Part shown: piece after piece, positions 57,570 to 64,000 of the stretch
How positions within the stretch are numbered: the stretch's first letter is position 1
Layout: each line of letters opens with the position of its first letter
Origin: Candidatus Latescibacterota bacterium
GTDB lineage: Bacteria; Latescibacterota; UBA2968; GCA-2709665
Direction of reading: 5' to 3'
Assembly: GCA_965203805.1 (NCBI GenBank)
Contig: OZ241917.1
Location: 4,256,001 to 4,320,000 of the forward strand
Length of the DNA stretch: 64,000 nucleotides
Translations under genes and position numbers: made by a program
The notes under the pieces: generated by a model
The model's database searches: none
The model's input: only the letters and a program-made list of their open reading frames with translations
What the model was told of the DNA's origin: nothing

Positions 57570-59156
57570 TTAGAATCTCGCCTGTCTCACCCACAGGAAT
57601 TCCGGCGCTTCCGCGATGCGATTCAACACATCGTCCGGGGCCGGCGAATCCAGGCTGATCATCATAATGGCCTGCCCGCCCCGGCTGTCCCGTCCCAGCG
57701 CCATATCGGCGATGTTGAGTTTCTCCTCGGCCAGGAGCGACCCGATCCAGCCCACCACGCCGGGAACGTCCCGGTTGCAGCAGATCAACACGTCGCCTTC
57801 CAGTTTGGCCTTCACCTCGAACCGGTCGACGCGCACGACACGGGCGTCGCTGCTGCCGAATACGGTGGCCGATATAGAGGTCCTCCCCGCCGACGTTTCG
57901 TAATCCACCGTCATCAGATTGGTGTAGTCCTTGTGGGCGCTGCTCCGCGTCTCGTCGATCTTCACCCCGCGCTTCTGCGCGAAAAGGGGCGCGTTCACGT
58001 ACGTCACGAGTTCATCCGTCAGATTCGTAATGGCCCCCTTCAGGACAGCCGCCGTCATAGGTGATGTCGCGAATTTCAGGATATCTCCGTGGTACTCGAT
58101 CGCGATGCGGCGCAGATTGCCGCGGCTCAACTGCGCCTGCAATGCACCCACCTTCTCCGCCAGAAGCAGATACGGACGCACCTCCTCGAACAGCGACGGG
58201 TCCACCGAAGGCATGTTCACCGCCCGCTGGGCGGGCCTGTCCATCAGGACCTCGAGAACATCCTGCGCGATCTGGCGTGCCACGCGGTCCTGCGCCTCCA
58301 TGGTCGAGGCCCCCAGATGCGGCGTGCAGATCACCTCGCGCCGACGAAGGAGCGGATGGTCCCTGGACGGGGGTTCCTTCTCGTACACGTCGAGCGCGGC
58401 TCCGACCACCCTGCCCGACTCAATCGCGTTCAGAAGCGCCGCCTCGTCGACCAGTCCTCCCCGCGCGCAGTTGAGAATGCGCACGCCGGGTTTGCATGTC
58501 GCCAGCGACGACGCGGAAATCAGATGCCGCGTGGCTTCGTTCAGCGGCGTATGCAGCGTGATATAGTCCGCGGTCTCGTATATTTCCTCAAGAGACGTCA
58601 GCCTTACCCGGAATCTCGCCGCCATCTCTTCGGAAAGTAAGGGATCGTGGCCCAGCACCGTCATCCCCAGAGCCCCGGCCAGGCGGGCGACATGCTGCCC
58701 CACCCGCCCCACGCCTACTATGCCCAGCACCTTTCCGTTCAACTCCACGCCCGTATAGGACTTCCGTTCCCACGCGCCGCGTTTCATCGAAGCGGTCGCC
58801 TGCGGAATGTTGCGGCTCAGAGCGAGCAACATCCCAACGGTATGCTCGGCCGTGGCAATCGTATTTCCGCCGGGGGAATGCACCACCACAACGCCCCGCT
58901 CCGTGGCGGCGCCGATGTCGATGTTGTCCACGCCGACTCCCGCGCGGCCGATGACGCGGAGCCGGTTCGCCCCGGCCAGGACCTCCCGGGTCACATGCGT
59001 CTCGCTGCGGATAATCAACCCGTCAAAGGCGCCGATTTCACGCGCCAGCGCTTCCGGCGAGAGACCCGTCCGGACGTCCACCCGGACATCCGGCGCATCC
59101 CCGAACACGCTTTGCCAGCCGCGAGACAACGTATCTGCGATCAATATCCGCTTCAT
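57570..59156 (-). CDS. serA: D-3-phosphoglycerate dehydrogenase
   Basis: RAGVGVDNID, GVGRVG, NCARGG, TPHLGAST, C-terminal ACT domain (NRDVPG). Confidence 0.95.
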   Translation of the reverse strand: MKRILIADTLSRGWQSVFGDAPDVRVDVRTGLSPEALAREIGAFDGLIIRSETHVTREVLAGANRLRVIGRAGVGVDNIDIGAATERGVVVVHSPGGNTIATAEHTVGMLLALSRNIPQATASMKRGAWERKSYTGVELNGKVLGIVGVGRVGQHVARLAGALGMTVLGHDPLLSEEMAARFRVRLTSLEEIYETADYITLHTPLNEATRHLISASSLATCKPGVRILNCARGGLVDEAALLNAIESGRVVGAALDVYEKEPPSRDHPLLRRREVICTPHLGASTMEAQDRVARQIAQDVLEVLMDRPAQRAVNMPSVDPSLFEEVRPYLLLAEKVGALQAQLSRGNLRRIAIEYHGDILKFATSPMTAAVLKGAITNLTDELVTYVNAPLFAQKRGVKIDETRSSAHKDYTNLMTVDYETSAGRTSISATVFGSSDARVVRVDRFEVKAKLEGDVLICCNRDVPGVVGWIGSLLAEEKLNIADMALGRDSRGGQAIMMISLDSPAPDDVLNRIAEAPEFLWVRQARF

Positions 59157-59302
59157 AGTATTAGAGAAAGCATTCAGCAGTCAGCATAGAGCAAAACCGA
59201 AAACCAATCGACACATCGAGAAACCGGATCCGGGCCGCCGGGACGTATCCGTTTTTCGTATACCTTCCAACCGGCTATTGCCAGTTCGCAGGTTTCCGTG
59301 AT

Positions 59303-60454
59303 TTACGGCGTTTCAAGGCGGTTTTCGTTCAGCACGCGCTGCGCGGTCTCCACGCCGGTCCCCGCGTCAAAACCCCATCCGGCCTCCCGGAGTCCGGATT
59401 CGAACGCCGAGACGACCTCCAGGATGTCTGCGTCGGCCACGTGCCCCAGGTTGGATATCCGCACCATGCGGCCCCTGTAATCGCCCAGGCCGCCACCGAC
59501 AATGACGTTGAATTCACGCCGCAACCATTCCATCAGGGCGAGCCCGTCCACCTTTTCGGGCAGGACAATCGCGGTGAGCACGTTCGAAGGCTGTCGCGCG
59601 AAACATGTCAGTCCCAGCGCCTCCGCGGACATCCGTACGGCCCGCGCGTGCCGGGCATGCCGCTCCCAGACCCGCGGGATGCCCGCCTCCCGAAGCATCT
59701 GCAGCGCCACCCGCAAACCGGCAAGGAGCGTAACCGGAAGCGTGGCTGGGCCCCGCCCCTCCTCCAGCGACGTCCTGTATTGTCGCAGATCCCAGTAAAA
59801 CTTCGGCAGCCGGCAGTGCTCGCGCGCTTCCCAGGCCCGCGGGCCCACCGCGGCGAATCCCATCCCCGGAGGCAGCATCAGCCCCTTCTGGGACGCCGTA
59901 ACCGCGAGGTCCACGTTCCACGCTTCGAGGGGCAGCGGGTGAGCCGCTACGCTGGAGACGCCATCGACGACGAAGAGCGCGTCTCTTTCCCTGACCAACG
60001 CGCCGATGGCGGCAATGTCGTGCAAGACGCCGGTGGACGTCTCGCAGTGTGTGGCGAACACGACGCGAATATCGGGATCGTCCCGAAGCGCGTCGCCAAC
60101 AACCTGCGGGTCCACCGCCTCTCCCCAGGGAAACCCCCGTTCGACCACCTCGACGCCGTAAGCGCGGCAGAGGTCTGCCCAACGCCTGCCGAAATGCCCC
60201 GCCTCCAAAACAAGCGCCCGGTCTCCGGCGGAAAGGGTATTGGCTACCGCGGCTTCCATCACGCCGGTGCCCGAACAGGCCAAGACGAACACGTCAGCAG
60301 CCGTCGGGAAGACGTCCTGAAGGCCGTTGACCGCATCCCGAAGCAACGCGGGGAAATCCGGCCCCCGGTGGTAGACCGGTGGCCCGGCCATTGCGGCCTG
60401 AACCCGATCGGGAATGGGCGTCGGGCCCGGTGTAAAAAGCCGTCGCCGCCTCAT
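59303..60454 (-). CDS. Class V aminotransferase (serine-pyruvate/phosphoserine aminotransferase-like)
   Basis: FTPGP, SGTG.MEA, HCETSTG, DGVSS, SQKG; upstream of serA. Confidence 0.88.
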   Translation of the reverse strand: MRRRRLFTPGPTPIPDRVQAAMAGPPVYHRGPDFPALLRDAVNGLQDVFPTAADVFVLACSGTGVMEAAVANTLSAGDRALVLEAGHFGRRWADLCRAYGVEVVERGFPWGEAVDPQVVGDALRDDPDIRVVFATHCETSTGVLHDIAAIGALVRERDALFVVDGVSSVAAHPLPLEAWNVDLAVTASQKGLMLPPGMGFAAVGPRAWEAREHCRLPKFYWDLRQYRTSLEEGRGPATLPVTLLAGLRVALQMLREAGIPRVWERHARHARAVRMSAEALGLTCFARQPSNVLTAIVLPEKVDGLALMEWLRREFNVIVGGGLGDYRGRMVRISNLGHVADADILEVVSAFESGLREAGWGFDAGTGVETAQRVLNENRLETP

Positions 60455-60499
60455 CTCGATCGCCCATGAGGCAATCCGGTTTCCTGGCCGCGCGCGGAT

Positions 60500-61087
60500 C
60501 TATTGTTCGACAACATCCCGAATCCACTTCCAGACGTCATGGCGGCCATGGCCCGACACCGCCGAAAAAGGAACGAAATCAAACTCGCCCAGCCGCGATA
60601 GCAGGTTCCGAGTCCGGTCCAGCCGGGACTTCCGCCGGCTGCCCGGGAGCTTGTCGGCTTTCGTGGCGACCACCAGAAACGGCCGGTCGAATTGCCTGAG
60701 CCAGAGGGCCATCTCCACGTCGTGCGCCGTCGGATCGTGCCGGGCATCGACGAGATGCAATATGCCACGCAACGAGACGCGTGTCTCGAGGTATGCGTTG
60801 ATCAGGTCGGCCCACTGCCGGCGTTCCTGATGACCCCGCTTTGCGTACCCGTACCCGGGAAGATCCACGAAATGCAATGTCTCGTTGACGCGGTAGTAGT
60901 TGAGCGTGCGCGTCTTGCCCGGGGTTTTGCTGGTGCAGGCCAGTTGTCTGCGGTTCAGCAGCCGGTTCAGCAGAGAGGATTTACCCACGTTCGAGCGGCC
61001 GGCAAATGCAATTTCCGGCAGGCCTTCCATCGGAAGGCGGTCCGGATGGGCGATGCTGGTCACAAAATCGGCGGAACGGATCTGCAT
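60500..61087 (-). CDS. engB: Ribosome biogenesis GTPase EngB/YsxC
   Basis: GRSNVGKSS, SKTPGKT, DLPGYG, TKADK. Confidence 0.93.
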   Translation of the reverse strand: MQIRSADFVTSIAHPDRLPMEGLPEIAFAGRSNVGKSSLLNRLLNRRQLACTSKTPGKTRTLNYYRVNETLHFVDLPGYGYAKRGHQERRQWADLINAYLETRVSLRGILHLVDARHDPTAHDVEMALWLRQFDRPFLVVATKADKLPGSRRKSRLDRTRNLLSRLGEFDFVPFSAVSGHGRHDVWKWIRDVVEQ

Positions 61088-61172
61088 AGCTGGCAACAGT
61101 CTATCGCAAACACATAGAAAACCGGGGCAATGGACCCCGGTTCCGAAGGCGGAGGAAAGGATAAGGGTGAGG

Positions 61173-62414
61173 CTAAGCGCTCTTTTTCTCTTCGATGTGA
61201 AGCCGTGGTTTTGACCTTCCGGCGACCATCTCTTTCGTGACCACGACCCGCGTGTGATCCGGATTGGAGGGGAGGTCGTACATCAGGTCGTTCATGATGT
61301 CCTCCAGAACGGACCGCAATCCGCGGGCGCCCGTTCCCTTCTGGACGGTTCGCCGCACCACCTCCTCCAGGGCCGCGTCTTCGAATTCCAGTTCGGCGCC
61401 ATCCATTTCGAAAAGCTTCTGGTACTGCTTGGTAATCGCATTTTTAGGTTCTGTCAGAATCTTGTACAGCGCCCGTTCGTCGAGGTCGCTGAGGGAACAG
61501 GTGATCGGCAGCCTGCCGACCAGTTCGGGAATCAGCCCGTACTTGATGAGGTCCTCAGGTTCCACCTCGGCAAACAACGCGCCCGCGTTCCGCTTTTCAT
61601 CGGGACCGTCCTTCGCGCCGAACCCGATGGTCTTGTCGCCGATCCGGTTGCCGATGATTTCTTCGAGGCCGTCGAACGCCCCGCCGCAGATGAACAGAAT
61701 ATTGCGCGTATTCACCTGGATCAGCGGCTGCTCGGGGTGTTTCCTTCCTCCCTTCGGCGGTATGCTGGCCACGGTACCCTCGAGAATCTTCAGTAACGCC
61801 TGCTGAACGCCTTCGCCGGATACGTCCCGGGTAATCGAAGGATTGGCTGCCTTCCTCGATATCTTGTCGACTTCGTCCAGGTAGAGAATGCCCATCTCCG
61901 CCTGCGCCACGTCGTAGTCGGCCGCCTGCAGCAGCCGCACAAGGATATTCTCCACGTCTTCGCCCACGTATCCGGCTTCAGTGAGAATCGTTGCGTCCGC
62001 GATGGAGAACGGAACGTCCAGGATGCGCGCGAGCGTTTGGGCCAGCAGGGTCTTCCCGGTGCCGGTGGGCCCGACGAGCAGGATATTGCTCTTTTCGAGT
62101 TCGACGTCGTCCGTGACAACCCGGGACCGGATGCGCTTGTAGTGATTGTAAACGGCTACGGAAAGCGTGCGTTTGGCCGCTTCCTGACCGATCACGTAAT
62201 CGTCGAGGCGGGTCTTGATCGTTGCCGGTTTGGGCAGCTTCTGCCGGGCCGAGACCGGCTTCTGCCTGGCGTCCTCCTGAAGCACTTCGTTGCACAGCTT
62301 GACGCAATCGCTGCAAATGTGCACCGAGGTCCCGGTGATGATCTTGTCGACCTGGTCGTTGCCCTTGTCACAGAAAGAGCAACGGACCTCAGCCCTTGAA
62401 GTTCGCCGTTTCAT
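61173..62414 (-). CDS. clpX: ATP-dependent Clp protease ATPase subunit
   Basis: CSFC..CSDC zinc finger, [34 protein letters not shown]. Confidence 0.97.
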   Translation of the reverse strand: MKRRTSRAEVRCSFCDKGNDQVDKIITGTSVHICSDCVKLCNEVLQEDARQKPVSARQKLPKPATIKTRLDDYVIGQEAAKRTLSVAVYNHYKRIRSRVVTDDVELEKSNILLVGPTGTGKTLLAQTLARILDVPFSIADATILTEAGYVGEDVENILVRLLQAADYDVAQAEMGILYLDEVDKISRKAANPSITRDVSGEGVQQALLKILEGTVASIPPKGGRKHPEQPLIQVNTRNILFICGGAFDGLEEIIGNRIGDKTIGFGAKDGPDEKRNAGALFAEVEPEDLIKYGLIPELVGRLPITCSLSDLDERALYKILTEPKNAITKQYQKLFEMDGAELEFEDAALEEVVRRTVQKGTGARGLRSVLEDIMNDLMYDLPSNPDHTRVVVTKEMVAGRSKPRLHIEEKKSA

Positions 62415-62476
62415 AACTCACCCATGATTTCCAGACCGTGGAAAGATGATGTCTTCGTCCCCGCCACCGCGGAATC

Positions 62477-63091
62477 CTACTCGTCGTCTTCGATCGCGAG
62501 ACTGTCATCCCCGCTGGGCATCAACACCTCATCGATCAGTCCGTACTCCAGGGCCTCGTCAGCGGACATAAAGAAGTCCCGATCCGCGTCTTTGGCAACC
62601 CGGTCGATCGGCTGACCCGTCTGCTCCGCCAGAATCTCGTTCAGCTTGTCCCGCCACTGAAGGATCTCCTTTGCGTGGCGTTCCACGTCCGAAGCCTGTC
62701 CGCCCGCGCCGCCCATGGGCTGATGCACCAGGATACGGGAATTCGGCAGGGCGCGCCGCTGCCCCCTGGTGCCTCCCGCAAGCAACACGGCGGCCATGCT
62801 GAATGCCTGGCCGACGCAGACCGTTTCGACTTCGTTGGGCACGTACTGCATGGTATCGTAAATGGCCAGGCCCGCGGTAATGCTGCCTCCGGGCGAATTG
62901 ATGTACAGCCGAATCGTCTTTTCCGGCGATTCCGAACTGCAAAACAGCATCTGCGCGATCACCAGGTTTGCGATGGTGTCGTTAACGGGAAACCCGATGA
63001 AAATGATGTTGTCCCTGAGAAGACGGGAGAAAATATCGTAGGAACGTTCGCCGAACCCTGTCTTCTCCAATACCATGGGTACCAGTGCCAT
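62477..63091 (-). CDS. clpP: Clp protease proteolytic subunit
   Basis: [25 protein letters not shown]. Confidence 0.97.
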   Translation of the reverse strand: MALVPMVLEKTGFGERSYDIFSRLLRDNIIFIGFPVNDTIANLVIAQMLFCSSESPEKTIRLYINSPGGSITAGLAIYDTMQYVPNEVETVCVGQAFSMAAVLLAGGTRGQRRALPNSRILVHQPMGGAGGQASDVERHAKEILQWRDKLNEILAEQTGQPIDRVAKDADRDFFMSADEALEYGLIDEVLMPSGDDSLAIEDDE

Positions 63092-63131
63092 AAGATTTCA
63101 TTCTCCTTAACTTTCCGAACCCGGATCCACC

Positions 63132-63998
63132 TTACGAGTCCGCCTTTACCTCTTCGATATCCGCATGTTCAATCAGCAGATCGAACGTCTTCCCGGTCAG
63201 CAGGTCCGACTCGATTTGCTCGATCTGGTCCGACCGCTTGAGTATCCGACGGATTTGCTCCCGTTCCGTATTGTATCGACGCGCCATGCCGTCGAGATGA
63301 CGGTCCACGTCCGTCTCTTCCACCGCCAGGCCTTCCTGTTTCTGAATTGCCTCCAATAGTAGATGACGCTTCAACCCTCGAATGGTGCCCTCGCGGCTTT
63401 CCCGGCGAATCGCTTCATCATCGACGTCTTTTTCGTCTCCTTCGTGTTCCTTCCTCTGGTTTTCCACGAGCGTGTCCAGGGCATTTTCGACCATGGCTTC
63501 GGGAAGATCGAACGCGTTCATTCGAATCAGTTCGTCTACAATGTGGCCTTCGAGGTAGCGCCGTGAGGCGAGATCGGCCTGCGCCTGGAGGTCTGAACGG
63601 ATCCGGGCCCTGAGTTCTTCCAGCGACGCGAACTCACCCTGGTCCCTGGCGAATTCATCGTCCAGTTCCGGCAGCTTGCGTTCACGGATCTCCCTTGCGG
63701 AAAACATCATGCGGATCTCCCGGCCGTCCTGATGCAGGGAACCGCGACCCTGGTCCTGGTTTTCTCCTTCTTCCGTGTGCGTCAGCCGGATCTGCCGGGT
63801 TTCGCCCGTGGAAATGCCCACCAGTTGGTTGTCGAGGTCGTGATTGGCATTCCTGCCGCCGATGTGAATCGGGCGTTCTTCCTGTTTGCGACCGATAATC
63901 GGCAGCCCGTTCTCATCCAGCTCCTGAAGGTCCGCAACGACGACGTCGCCCAATTCGGCGGGCCGATGGACTTCCTGCTCCGTGGCGTTCTGTTCCCG
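63132..63998 (-). CDS. tig: Trigger factor (5'-truncated by window edge)
   Basis: GDVVVAD, LPELDDEFA, LEELR; canonical tig-clpP-clpX order. Confidence 0.88.
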   Translation of the reverse strand, partial: REQNATEQEVHRPAELGDVVVADLQELDENGLPIIGRKQEERPIHIGGRNANHDLDNQLVGISTGETRQIRLTHTEEGENQDQGRGSLHQDGREIRMMFSAREIRERKLPELDDEFARDQGEFASLEELRARIRSDLQAQADLASRRYLEGHIVDELIRMNAFDLPEAMVENALDTLVENQRKEHEGDEKDVDDEAIRRESREGTIRGLKRHLLLEAIQKQEGLAVEETDVDRHLDGMARRYNTEREQIRRILKRSDQIEQIESDLLTGKTFDLLIEHADIEEVKADS

Positions 63999-64000
63999 CA

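Noticed and set aside
1-64000. tRNA, rRNA, integrase or transposase genes
   Set aside because: None recognised by eye; a tRNAscan/Infernal/HMM search would be needed to exclude them formally.

Overview
A GC-rich bacterial chromosomal window. The PhyH paralogues, a sulfatase and a dockerin-like 'DFDGSGRVDFSDF' tail weakly suggest a Latescibacterota/Gemmatimonadota-like or sponge-symbiont lineage (inference only). Housekeeping and metabolic genes occupy both flanks. Left: hisI-hisG, a TPP enzyme, a sulfatase, PhyH dioxygenases, a HAD hydrolase, a peroxiredoxin and a dimethylglycine dehydrogenase-like enzyme. Right: a homocysteine S-methyltransferase, a sugar-acid catabolic cluster, gltB, ferredoxin with a siroheme reductase, moaA, purA, serA, engB, clpX, clpP and tig. 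Between them (~14.85-33.2 kb) is a visibly AT-richer defence/toxin-antitoxin island, almost all on the + strand. It encodes VapBC, DUF2442, an ABC-ATPase + TOPRIM-like pair, Fic, an MmeI-like RM enzyme, HNH, a HEPN-like protein, a DUF4365/unknown/SIR2/DUF4268 block, a DUF6978/DUF1828-like pair and an AAA-DUF4143 ATPase. The most striking unexplained feature is a 95-bp element present four times in the island. It consists of six alternating 10-bp boxes (TTGTCGGnCA / TGnCCGACAA) with invariant symmetric spacing 4-6-14-6-4. Three copies are fused to the 3' end of a fic gene, and the copies separate defence modules like cassettes. No recombinase, cas gene, rRNA or tRNA was recognised. All family calls come from motifs read by eye; no database search was run.
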